A program made the position numbers and the translations under genes. The notes below the pieces were generated by a model. The model was not told where the DNA came from and made no database searches. It was given only the letters and a program-made list of their open reading frames with translations. A DNA stretch of 64,000 nt from IMG/VR virus record IMGVR_UViG_3300030098_005649. One strand, 5' to 3'. The DNA comes from a virus. Its lineage: Duplodnaviria > Caudoviricetes. Of the stretch, positions 11,138 to 19,479 are shown one piece after another (positions within the stretch are counted from its first letter, which is position 1; each line of letters starts with the position of its first letter).

Positions 11138-11421
11138 GAAAATCTTATTACAAAGATTATCTATCACTACATAAAAATAGAAAGAATCGTAGACTACATT
11201 TTATAGGTCAATGGGTCACACTATTTGTTGTTAGTTATATGTTTTATAGTGGATTTTATTGGTTACTACCAATCATACCATTTATAATCTATCCATTTGC
11301 TTGGACAGGACATTATTTGTATGAGAAGAACGAACCAGCAGCCTTTCATAATCCAATAAAGGCTAAAATATCAGATTGGATTATGTTTTGGGATATACTA
11401 AAGGGTAAGATAAAGATATGA
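11128..11421 (+). CDS. DUF962/Mpo1-like small membrane protein
   Basis: YLSLH..NRRLHFIG, AWTGHYLYEKNEPAAF motifs. Confidence 0.8.
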   Translation: MSIRKSYYKDYLSLHKNRKNRRLHFIGQWVTLFVVSYMFYSGFYWLLPIIPFIIYPFAWTGHYLYEKNEPAAFHNPIKAKISDWIMFWDILKGKIKI

Positions 11422-11660
11422 CATACTTTTTGATGCACAAATTTGAGTCAAAAGAAAATCTGATGTATAGTAGTAACATATTAGGAGAAGAGAGTTTGGG
11501 TACTTTTTATCCTGAACAAGGATGGGTGGCACTACATAATATGATGAATAACCACGCAGAAATGTTGGAGAACTACATTATACTTGATGAAAAGGGTAAG
11601 AAATATACTATGACAGAGTTTCTTGATGTTGTAGAAAAATTAAAAATAAAAAGGGCTTGA
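11418..11660 (+). CDS. hypothetical protein
   Basis: ATGA overlap with upstream gene. Confidence 0.6.
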   Translation: MTYFLMHKFESKENLMYSSNILGEESLGTFYPEQGWVALHNMMNNHAEMLENYIILDEKGKKYTMTEFLDVVEKLKIKRA

Positions 11661-11685
11661 CTTTATATAATATTATTCGTAACTT
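11657..11685 (+). promoter_or_regulatory. sigma70-type phage early promoter
   Basis: gcTTGACT-17-TAACTT. Confidence 0.7.
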
Positions 11686-11698
11686 ATAGGAGTAAAAA

Positions 11699-11884
11699 AT
11701 GAGTAATAATGATGGTTTTATGAATTACGAAGAACTCGCAGAACGACTTGAAGAAGAGAGTTTCAGTATAAAAACCAACACAAAAAAACATCCAAAGAAA
11801 AAGAAAAAGTCTTGGGTAAAAAGTAAAGGAACGAAAAATGAGAAACCTCAGTATAATAAAAAAGGTAATCGTAAACGGATTTAG
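11699..11884 (+). CDS. small basic hypothetical protein
   Basis: SD aggag upstream; follows promoter. Confidence 0.6.
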   Translation: MSNNDGFMNYEELAERLEEESFSIKTNTKKHPKKKKKSWVKSKGTKNEKPQYNKKGNRKRI

Positions 11885-12443
11885 TTTATCACTACTACTT
11901 CTGATTGGATGTGAATTAGATCCTGTCGGTGGTTATTATGTTTGGGATGAGGACTGCCAATGTGAAGTCCATATATCAGAGTACGAAAAAAACTCTGATT
12001 TTGAAGTTGAACTATTTATTGATGGTAGAGCACCTATTGATGATAATGGGTATTACCATTTGACATTGAGTCGTACAAACTGGCAAACTCTACATAGAAT
12101 GGAAATGACATTGTTATATGATGGAGAACCCGCTCAATATAAAAATTTAGCCTTTCGTTCCAATTTATTTTGGGAGTTAGGTGACACACTTGGATATATA
12201 CATACAATAGGATTGACAGATGATATGGTATATGTTTCTGTTGATACAAGTTATATTATATTACCAGGTGATAATGTTGTACCTACATCAAATCAAAAAT
12301 CTATAACAGATGATGAGGGAGTGACAAGTAATATGTTGGCACCTGTACAAAGTATGGTTGGTGACACTATGAATGTTAGTGTTTATTATAGAGATGGTAA
12401 AGGTGAGGTACAAAGAAAAGAAATCAATTATGTTTTAGAATAG
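11838..12443 (+). CDS. putative lipoprotein
   Basis: Hydrophobic run then LIGC lipobox. Confidence 0.6.
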   Translation: MRNLSIIKKVIVNGFSLSLLLLIGCELDPVGGYYVWDEDCQCEVHISEYEKNSDFEVELFIDGRAPIDDNGYYHLTLSRTNWQTLHRMEMTLLYDGEPAQYKNLAFRSNLFWELGDTLGYIHTIGLTDDMVYVSVDTSYIILPGDNVVPTSNQKSITDDEGVTSNMLAPVQSMVGDTMNVSVYYRDGKGEVQRKEINYVLE

Positions 12444-12453
12444 GAGTCTAATA

Positions 12454-12717
12454 ATGAAGTTTCTACTTGTAGACAAGTATGATAATATAGTGACATCAGT
12501 AAATCTTGCGAGTAATGTTGGAATAAATGGAGCGAAAACTTATTTCAAAGGTGTAAAACTAATGCCTAAAGATGAAGATTTTGATAAGTTATGGCGAGTT
12601 ATGACAGAAGAACAATATGATACGAACTTCAAAAGTAATTTACAAAACAGGCAAAATAAACAATACGAATGGTGGAAAGATGAACCAAAAGGTCCCGATG
12701 ATGGGATAGATTATTAG
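12454..12717 (+). CDS. hypothetical protein
   Basis: SD aggag upstream. Confidence 0.65.
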   Translation: MKFLLVDKYDNIVTSVNLASNVGINGAKTYFKGVKLMPKDEDFDKLWRVMTEEQYDTNFKSNLQNRQNKQYEWWKDEPKGPDDGIDY

Positions 12718-12726
12718 GGTAAAATT

Positions 12727-13056
12727 ATGGCAAATAAAAAGAGTAAGTTGGATACATCAAAGGTCTTGAAAAAAGTTTTAGAGGCACCTGAGGATATCGG
12801 ACAAGACTATTTAGATAAAGAAGAACTAAAAGAACTACTCGATACTATACCAGAACTCGCAGAAGAGTTGAATGATTTGGTGGATGAGATGAGTAGTCTC
12901 GGTAAAGAAATTGTAGAAGATTTTGGTATCGATGAAGATAATGATAACTCTGATGTAATAGTACAAGTACATCAAGATTCACCTATATTGGAAGAAGATG
13001 GGAAAGAAGATAAACATATCAAGTCTGGGAACTCCGAAGAATCCGTTCAGAAGTAA
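12727..13056 (+). CDS. acidic hypothetical protein
   Basis: ORF track; D/E rich. Confidence 0.55.
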   Translation: MANKKSKLDTSKVLKKVLEAPEDIGQDYLDKEELKELLDTIPELAEELNDLVDEMSSLGKEIVEDFGIDEDNDNSDVIVQVHQDSPILEEDGKEDKHIKSGNSEESVQK

Positions 13057-13567
13057 ACCAATACCAAAAGGTAGGATAGAATGGGCAATAGAGAATTCTG
13101 TGTCGATGAAATCTGCTGCTCGATTGTTGGGTGTAAATTATAATACATTCAAAAAGTATGCCAAATTATATGATGTGTTCAATCCAAAACCAGATAGAAG
13201 TGGAATACCCTCGACAGGAAATAGTGGATGGAATGCTGGTGGGGCTAAATTAGAAGATTTATTGGGTGGTAAACATCCAAATTATCCACATTGGAAACTA
13301 CAAGAAAGACTTATCAAAGAGGGATATATAAAACAAGAGTGCAGTAATTGTGGGTATGATGAGGTAAGACCACAAGACTATCAAGGGCCATATTTATTGA
13401 ATTTTCTTGATGGTGATGGAAAGAATCATAAGTTAGAGAACCTATCACTATTATGTTATAATTGTTTCTTTCTAATGAAACCTGCAGGTAAGGTATTATC
13501 CACACCAAAAAATATTGTCCACTTACGAAATAAATTGATGAAGGCTTTTGACGAAGATTCTAATTAG
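12998..13567 (+). CDS. HTH plus HNH-like zinc-finger protein
   Basis: SAARLLGVNYNTFKKYA helix-turn-helix; CSNCG..LNFLDGDGKNHKLENLSLLCYNC (first HNH His replaced by Asn). Confidence 0.65.
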   Translation: MGKKINISSLGTPKNPFRSKPIPKGRIEWAIENSVSMKSAARLLGVNYNTFKKYAKLYDVFNPKPDRSGIPSTGNSGWNAGGAKLEDLLGGKHPNYPHWKLQERLIKEGYIKQECSNCGYDEVRPQDYQGPYLLNFLDGDGKNHKLENLSLLCYNCFFLMKPAGKVLSTPKNIVHLRNKLMKAFDEDSN

Positions 13568-13611
13568 GTTATATTTATATAAGAATACAACAACTTATTT
13601 AGGAGAAAATA

Positions 13612-13899
13612 ATGTCCACACCAACAAATACAGGCGGAATCGTAGGAAGAGGTAGAAGAACTTTTGGAGACCCAGCAGGTGAATTCAATCAAACCGTAAC
13701 AGTAGAAGGAAACTATGAGGCCACAGGTTCTAACGACTTAGGTTGGAGTGCATTGGTGGTCAAGACTGCAGGTAATGCAGTATTACATACACATAATGGT
13801 AGTATCGCAGCTTCAGACCTATCTGCTGGAGTTATCTATCCAATAGGAATAAAAAGAGTTGCAACAACCAATGGTAAGATTATATTACTGAAAAAGTAG
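13612..13899 (+). CDS. small beta-rich protein, possibly virion spike-base-like
   Basis: SD aggag; C-terminal GVIYPIGIKRVATT resembles RCAP_rcc01079-type proteins (recalled, not searched). Confidence 0.4.
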   Translation: MSTPTNTGGIVGRGRRTFGDPAGEFNQTVTVEGNYEATGSNDLGWSALVVKTAGNAVLHTHNGSIAASDLSAGVIYPIGIKRVATTNGKIILLKK

Positions 13900-13909
13900 G
13901 TGAACTAAA

Positions 13910-14851
13910 ATGGTAAAACTAAAAAATTTAATCAACGAAGAAGAAACATTCAAACTCAAGAAAAAAGACGGTGGGAATATTGTTGTATTCAAGAATAAAG
14001 ACAATTATGAAAAGGCCCTAAAGTCTGGTGAGTATATAGACCCAATAAACAAAGGTGATGATTCACTTGGTGGTAAAGATGATGAGAAAGGTTCTACTGC
14101 AACAGCTTCAGACTTCGACATTGATAAAAGATTAGGAAAAGATAAAGAGGATTCGGATGATAGTGATCCTTCATATGGTAAATGGGATGATATGGAAGAC
14201 AGAATGTTTTCTCCAGATGATTTTGATACTTGGTTGGAAGATAGTGATATAAAATTGAGTAAAGACGATGACCAAAAAATTATGGACTTGATGTCTAATT
14301 GGTATGACTTGGATGGTGACTTACAACAAGCAGAAATGGAATTTGAAATGGGTGATGACGAAGATGGAGATGCAGAATATCAAATGGATATGATAAAGGA
14401 TGAGTTAGATATTACCAAGGCAGATATTAGAAGAATAATGATGAAGTATAAGGACGATGCAGAAAAAGAGAAGGACTCAGATGATGGTATGTCTATGAGT
14501 TCAGAAGAAGGTATCAAGAATGACTTAGACCAACTCAGAGATAAAATCAAGGTACGAGGAGATAAACAAATTCGTAATGGTGAGGTCTTTAGACAACTGG
14601 CACAAGATGTTGAGGACGAATATGGAGAAGAGGCTGGTATAAAGAGTGTTGAGGATTTACGATATATATCTTACGATATAGCCAGTCAAGGTATAGAAAA
14701 CACGGAAGAGATGTTGAAAAAAGTACTTGATAATTTGGAATTAGAGTTACAAAGATATAATTCTGATATATTCCAATCGGTACCAGGTCGTGACCCAAAA
14801 GAAAGTTATCGGACAATAAAAGAACAATTCAATCGAATAAAGAGGAAATAA
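13910..14851 (+). CDS. highly acidic hypothetical protein, candidate capsid-internal protein
   Basis: N-terminal MVKLKNLINEE; extreme D/E content. Confidence 0.5.
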   Translation: MVKLKNLINEEETFKLKKKDGGNIVVFKNKDNYEKALKSGEYIDPINKGDDSLGGKDDEKGSTATASDFDIDKRLGKDKEDSDDSDPSYGKWDDMEDRMFSPDDFDTWLEDSDIKLSKDDDQKIMDLMSNWYDLDGDLQQAEMEFEMGDDEDGDAEYQMDMIKDELDITKADIRRIMMKYKDDAEKEKDSDDGMSMSSEEGIKNDLDQLRDKIKVRGDKQIRNGEVFRQLAQDVEDEYGEEAGIKSVEDLRYISYDIASQGIENTEEMLKKVLDNLELELQRYNSDIFQSVPGRDPKESYRTIKEQFNRIKRK

Positions 14852-14852
14852 A

Positions 14853-15083
14853 ATGGCACTAATAGATTCAATCAAAGGAAGAGAAGTACCTAAACCCAAT
14901 AAAGGACCACAAGGTAATATTCCACTAAATTCACCAAATGGTGCAGGAATCAACCAAGTTCCACTTTCATCAAGAATCATAGGTGGGGCAAAAGATGTCG
15001 TTCCAATGGGTAGTCCAATAGGAAGACATAAAGAATCTCCTGTTTCTATTGTAAAGAAATCACCATTGGCAGGAGTGAAATAA
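14853..15083 (+). CDS. Pro/Gly-rich hypothetical protein
   Basis: TAAAATG coupling on both sides. Confidence 0.6.
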   Translation: MALIDSIKGREVPKPNKGPQGNIPLNSPNGAGINQVPLSSRIIGGAKDVVPMGSPIGRHKESPVSIVKKSPLAGVK

Positions 15084-15084
15084 A

Positions 15085-15366
15085 ATGAATCAAGCTGATA
15101 GAAAAGAGTTTGACCTTATTCACGAAAAGATAGACACCATAAAAAAGAGTATAGATGATATGAAACACGATATGTCTATGGCTCACGGAAAGACAGACGC
15201 AGGTCTATCATTCCTAAAAGAAAACCTATTCAATCCACACGAAGGATTATGGGCAGAAACCAAACAGAATACCCAATTCAGACAGAACTCTCAGAAATGG
15301 AGAGGAGTTATAGGAGTTGGTTTCGTAGGTCTTGTAATAGACAAAGTTTGGAAGTTATTTCAGTAG
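15085..15366 (+). CDS. coiled-coil protein with C-terminal TM helix (XhlA/holin-like)
   Basis: N-terminal heptads; WRGVIGVGFVGLVI C-terminal hydrophobic segment. Confidence 0.45.
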   Translation: MNQADRKEFDLIHEKIDTIKKSIDDMKHDMSMAHGKTDAGLSFLKENLFNPHEGLWAETKQNTQFRQNSQKWRGVIGVGFVGLVIDKVWKLFQ

Positions 15367-15412
15367 AAAAAATCTATTCTACAATCACAACAACATATTT
15401 ATAATCGAAGAT

Positions 15413-15460
15413 TAAATACGCCTATCGAGGTGGTTATCGGAACGAGTAAATACGCCTATC
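15413..15460 (+). repeat. 14-bp direct repeat TAAATACGCCTATC x2 in leader
   Basis: Copies at 15413-15426 and 15447-15460. Confidence 0.9.
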
Positions 15461-15519
15461 ACCACATCTCACGATAGGACGAAATCAAAGATTTCTCCAA
15501 AAGACGAAAGGAGTTCCAT

Positions 15520-16203
15520 ATGGATTCAAATGATAATAGGAATTGGGCGGGTGGTCGATTCCGTGATAACAATGATAAGTTTGACCCGAATAAATTTTAT
15601 ATGATGAGAGGACACACCTTGAGAACCGTGTTGAATTGCATCGAGGAGTTGAAGCGTGGAGTAGATAGAAAGGTTACGGGTAAGGATGATGGCAAGGATG
15701 ATGTGATAAATCGTGATAGAAGTAGGTGGACGGAAAAGGATTATGAGAGTGTGAATTATTTCTTCAATGCCTTGATAGTCGAGATAATAGACTTGATGGA
15801 AAACCCAATCAACTCCTATAGTGAGGATGAATTGCGTTGGATATATTCAAGGAAAAGAAGGGCTCAAAATCTATTCAAGGATGAAATGGATGATGCATTG
15901 AATAAGAAGAAATCCTTAGATGATATACGAGAGAAAATCCTCGGAATATCACCAAAGGAGGGCAATCAAATACTATCGGACTTCGAGAAACTTCAAGAGT
16001 GGTTGAATCAATTGGGACGAGAAATCATCCAAGACAATAAGGCCAAGGAAGAGGCTCGTAAGAATAAAAACAATTCAAAAAATAAAAATACCAAGAAAGA
16101 AAAACTCAAACCCAAACCCATCGAGGAAGATGAGTTTATTGACTTTTTATTGGATATGGGTGTGGTGCCGAGTCGTGATGAGGGCGGTACGGATGATGAA
16201 TAG
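15520..16203 (+). CDS. hypothetical protein
   Basis: Strong SD aaaggag. Confidence 0.7.
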   Translation: MDSNDNRNWAGGRFRDNNDKFDPNKFYMMRGHTLRTVLNCIEELKRGVDRKVTGKDDGKDDVINRDRSRWTEKDYESVNYFFNALIVEIIDLMENPINSYSEDELRWIYSRKRRAQNLFKDEMDDALNKKKSLDDIREKILGISPKEGNQILSDFEKLQEWLNQLGREIIQDNKAKEEARKNKNNSKNKNTKKEKLKPKPIEEDEFIDFLLDMGVVPSRDEGGTDDE

Positions 16204-16723
16204 ATTGAGGAATATTTCTATCGGTATATTTATTGTATATGAACGAGTGGGAAGCCTTGTTTATAATTTTTTGTGTCGTGGTCGTGATAAAGTGTTTTCA
16301 CTATATACGAACACACAAGTAACGACAAGTCCAAAGAATAAACGATTTAGGCCACACGATATTGAGGATTCAATAATGGATGATGAGGAATTGAATGAGA
16401 TACCTGCCAGTTCCTTTCATCACCAAGTCACAACATATGAGGAAGATTTTATGGAAGAAAATTACCAAGAGGAGATTGTGTATAATAAGGACTACAATCA
16501 GGTGATGATAAAGAGTTATGGGAATAAGATTTATATCATATGTAAGGAATCAAAGGAACAACAAGTTATAGAGCGTATGAGTACTCCTACTTGTATATTA
16601 TCAGAGTATAAGGAATGGAGTTCTGAGAGAGGAATGGAAAAGCGTAGTCTATTGGTTTTTCAGGTAATGGATGAGATAGATGAGATGGAAGGGAATACGG
16701 AACTATGGGACTTGAAGAACTAA
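16193..16723 (+). CDS. hypothetical protein
   Basis: Start moved to ATG overlapping upstream gene end. Confidence 0.55.
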   Translation: MMNRLRNISIGIFIVYERVGSLVYNFLCRGRDKVFSLYTNTQVTTSPKNKRFRPHDIEDSIMDDEELNEIPASSFHHQVTTYEEDFMEENYQEEIVYNKDYNQVMIKSYGNKIYIICKESKEQQVIERMSTPTCILSEYKEWSSERGMEKRSLLVFQVMDEIDEMEGNTELWDLKN

Positions 16724-16992
16724 ACTACTTGATAAACTCTGATACTGAGAATACAAGTAAGTTATCAAAGAAAATAAAAGAGATAAAAAAGATTATACAA
16801 AGACCTGAAATGGTGTATGGACACGGACTCGTCCCGCGAAAAGAGTATGATAAACTTGACCAAAAGGTCAAGGATTTACAACAAGAATTACTAAAAATAA
16901 AAGACCATTTGAACCTATTATCCAATACAGATAGGTTGAATCTTCGTTCCAATGGTCGAGAGAATAAACACGATAACGATAACACACCTTAG
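16705..16992 (+). CDS. hypothetical coiled-coil protein
   Basis: ORF track. Confidence 0.55.
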   Translation: MGLEELNYLINSDTENTSKLSKKIKEIKKIIQRPEMVYGHGLVPRKEYDKLDQKVKDLQQELLKIKDHLNLLSNTDRLNLRSNGRENKHDNDNTP

Positions 16993-17082
16993 TTTATATT
17001 ACACATAATAACCCATTTTTACCCACTTTATATACTTTACCCCAAGATTCACACTCATATCTTGGGTGTCACATTATCAAAT

Positions 17083-17111
17083 ATAATACATCCATCTCGC
17101 CCGAATGTCAA
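17083..17111 (-). promoter_or_regulatory. antisense copy of early promoter family
   Basis: Minus strand aaaatgcTTGACA-17-TATTAT with extended -10 TG. Confidence 0.75.
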
Positions 17112-17175
17112 GCATTTTCTGAGAACTTTTTCACACTTTTTTAAGTAATAAAGTAAAAAAAAATGAAAAAAACGC

Positions 17176-17205
17176 TTGACATATATGGTGTTTTATTCGT
17201 ATATT
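17176..17205 (+). promoter_or_regulatory. sigma70-type early promoter
   Basis: gcTTGACA-18-TATATT with upstream A-tract. Confidence 0.8.
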
Positions 17206-17228
17206 ATACTATAACAAAAGGAGATATA

Positions 17229-17408
17229 ATGAACAACTTAGACAATCAAACCACAAGACCCAAGACAGGCGTGATAAGACAGATGAAGGTTATCAAGGGT
17301 AACCAACTCATATCTTATCTTATGTATCAGTTCGACTACACTCGTAAACAGGCTGAGTTTATGGAATCAAGGATGCCTGGTGGGTTTGAAGTACAGGTTA
17401 TCTATTAA
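17229..17408 (+). CDS. small early hypothetical protein
   Basis: SD aaggag, directly behind promoter. Confidence 0.65.
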   Translation: MNNLDNQTTRPKTGVIRQMKVIKGNQLISYLMYQFDYTRKQAEFMESRMPGGFEVQVIY

Positions 17409-17426
17409 TTTTTTTACAAAAAGTGC

Positions 17427-17456
17427 TTGACTTATATACTATATTATGTGTATATT
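17427..17456 (+). promoter_or_regulatory. sigma70-type early promoter
   Basis: aaaagtgcTTGACT-18-TATATT. Confidence 0.8.
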
Positions 17457-17482
17457 AGGGTATGATAAACAAGGAATATAAT

Positions 17483-17788
17483 ATGAATTTAGTTACCGAA
17501 GATAAAGTAGTCCTCAAGAGTGTGGGCTGTGTATTCGATAGAAAACAAGGTATTACCTATCCTATAATGACGGATGACACGATTGATTGGGATGGTGGTG
17601 TTGATGTGATGGTCACGGATTGTGAGTGGTTTAGAGCCCTTTCTCCGAAAGATTTCACCATAGTAGAAAAGTATTTTACTGACGAGGAATTAGATATACG
17701 GGCTATGATGGATAACAATTACTTGGAAACCTATTGTGAGGAGAATCCTGACTTCGTAGATGGGTTTGATAATTGGGATACTTTCTAA
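17483..17788 (+). CDS. early hypothetical protein
   Basis: SD aagga; behind promoter. Confidence 0.65.
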   Translation: MNLVTEDKVVLKSVGCVFDRKQGITYPIMTDDTIDWDGGVDVMVTDCEWFRALSPKDFTIVEKYFTDEELDIRAMMDNNYLETYCEENPDFVDGFDNWDTF

Positions 17789-17797
17789 AAAAAGTGC

Positions 17798-17826
17798 TTG
17801 ACTTTATCATTTATTCTTCGTATATT
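17798..17826 (+). promoter_or_regulatory. sigma70-type early promoter driving ORF-less transcript
   Basis: aaaagtgcTTGACT-17-TATATT. Confidence 0.8.
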
Positions 17827-17832
17827 AAGATA

Positions 17833-18077
17833 TGATATAAAGATATAAAATAAAGAATTTGTTGGCTCAGTTCACGAAAGAGGAGTAGGGATTGAGTGGT
17901 GTGAGAACCTTAAAATGAAAGTCTACGGACAACTCGGAATACCCTTGAACTCGCGAATAGAGAGGGGAACCAGTCCAACACCTAAAATTTGATTGGTTAG
18001 TTAGGTTAGAAGAGTGTGGTTTTACCTCCTTTACCACACCACAAATAGGGGAGTCGATTTGGCTTCCCTATTTTTTT
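17833..18077 (+). ncRNA. candidate ~245-nt structured non-coding RNA
   Basis: Bounded by promoter and intrinsic terminator; several stems; longest ORF 25 aa. Confidence 0.55.
18043..18077 (+). terminator. intrinsic terminator
   Basis: AAATAGGGGAGTC/GGCTTCCCTATTT stem then T-tract. Confidence 0.85.
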
Positions 18078-18138
18078 GCCCCTCATACTGACATATTGTC
18101 ATACCAACTCCCCATAAAACAAGGCGTACCCTTATCCT

Positions 18139-18168
18139 AATATAACAATAAAAACATATACGGGTCAA
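18139..18168 (-). promoter_or_regulatory. antisense copy of early promoter family, convergent on candidate ncRNA
   Basis: Minus strand aataatgcTTGACC-18-TATATT. Confidence 0.8.
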
Positions 18169-18322
18169 GCATTATTTTCAAAAATCGTAAATTATTTTGT
18201 GGGTCGGGTAGACAATCCAAGCGGTACTTATGACAATATGACATATACACGAGTTTGGTACGATATTTGATATGGGCGGTATACTTACAAAAAAATATTT
18301 ACCGAACTCTCTACTTATTAGT

Positions 18323-18496
18323 ATGAAGGTAAATCACAACTACTACTATCTATTACAACAGGCTCACCACATAGAGGAGATGTATAACCACTATATGGTA
18401 CACAACAACAAGCCATATTGGTACGAAGAGGACTATCAGCACTTCTTTATCGACCTATGGGTGTACGAGGAGTACCTAAACCTACCAAGTGCCTGA
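18323..18496 (+). CDS. Tyr/His/Glu-rich small ORF (uncertain)
   Basis: ATG 18323; no clear SD. Confidence 0.35.
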   Translation: MKVNHNYYYLLQQAHHIEEMYNHYMVHNNKPYWYEEDYQHFFIDLWVYEEYLNLPSA

Positions 18497-18831
18497 GTAT
18501 GACATAATGACCTACCCCCATAGCTTTATCGTGAACTCGTAAAGGTATGACATAATGACACGGCTCGGACTCGTTTTCATATCGAGCACAATTTTTTTAC
18601 CTATAGCTTTATTACTTTTTTCGTATCACTTCGTGATATATTTTTTATCGAATGTAACTTGTGGTATCCATCGCAGATGGTCAATTGTGTTCATCATCAA
18701 ATATCGAAACTTTTGCTCGTTTTGTGTAGTATAATCTTATATCACATAATATTTATTATTGTATCAATCGTGTGTTCTCACGAGACTTCTCGACATTACA
18801 TATTAGGTTTCTTATCATATAAGGAAACGAA

Positions 18832-19176
18832 GTGGAAACGAATTTTATTCAAGAATTGGTAAATGAATACTCTTGGCTATTCTTTACTGGCATACTATTA
18901 TTATTGTTCAACAATACTATCTCTGAGGCAGTAGATGGTATTATGTTGTTCTTAGGTAACGACTACAACGAGGACGATGTTGTTGAGGTTGATGGTAGTC
19001 CTGGTCGTATCATACGAGTAGGGATATGGAAAACAGTATTCTTCATATACCACATAATAGATGGTAAGATTGTTGGCGGTTCTAAACTCGTGGTACAGAA
19101 CTCTAAACTAAAGGACTTGAAGATAGAGAAACCCTTACCTAACTTGGATTTATCTAAATATCAGAAACCAAAGTAA
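18832..19176 (+). CDS. truncated MscS-like protein (TM plus middle beta domain)
   Basis: LGNDYNEDDVVEVDGSPGRIIRVGIWKT..VVQNSKL matches MscS beta-domain pattern. Confidence 0.6.
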   Translation: METNFIQELVNEYSWLFFTGILLLLFNNTISEAVDGIMLFLGNDYNEDDVVEVDGSPGRIIRVGIWKTVFFIYHIIDGKIVGGSKLVVQNSKLKDLKIEKPLPNLDLSKYQKPK

Positions 19177-19479
19177 ATGAGATTTATTCACAATATATTA
19201 TTTTATGACCTATCTAATCTATTCAGTATTACTACTAATCGTACACGCATTCTAAGGTGGTTGAACTCTCGACCATCACTCAGATACCGAATCAAACAAT
19301 ATAATAAGAAACATTAGAATCTAACACATTTCTAACAAAATACCTTAGTTTTTAAAATCACTATTTCATATTTATCATTGGAACCCGAATCGGATTCTAT
19401 AGTGAGAGCAACTCATTGTAGAAAAGGATAAAACACCTGCGGTGGTCGGTCATACTATCAAACTAAATAGGAGAATACA

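Larger units (their letters stand above)
18089..18559. repeat. four quasi-palindromic TGACA-N3-TG(T/A)C boxes
   Basis: 18089-18101, 18231-18243, and identical 15-mers GTATGACATAATGAC at 18497 and 18545. Confidence 0.75.

Noticed and set aside
12998-13567. Active homing endonuclease
   Set aside because: The catalytic His position reads Asn (LNFLDGD); more likely a DNA-binding regulator.
15413-15460. CRISPR-like repeat pair
   Set aside because: 14-bp repeat with a 20-bp spacer, two copies only.
17916-17993. 25-aa ORF MKVYGQLG..PKI inside the candidate ncRNA
   Set aside because: No SD at a usable distance and embedded in stems; kept only as an alternative hypothesis.
18497-18559. Mini CRISPR array (15-bp repeat, 33-bp spacer)
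   Set aside because: Only two short repeats and no cas genes; better explained as operator boxes.
15469-18783. Apparent TCGTGA/TCACGA enrichment
   Set aside because: The hexamer is common throughout coding regions (His-Glu and Arg-Asp codons).
19381-19470. Cobalamin riboswitch before the TonB-like gene
   Set aside because: B12-box and GGGAA/CCCGC core motifs are absent.
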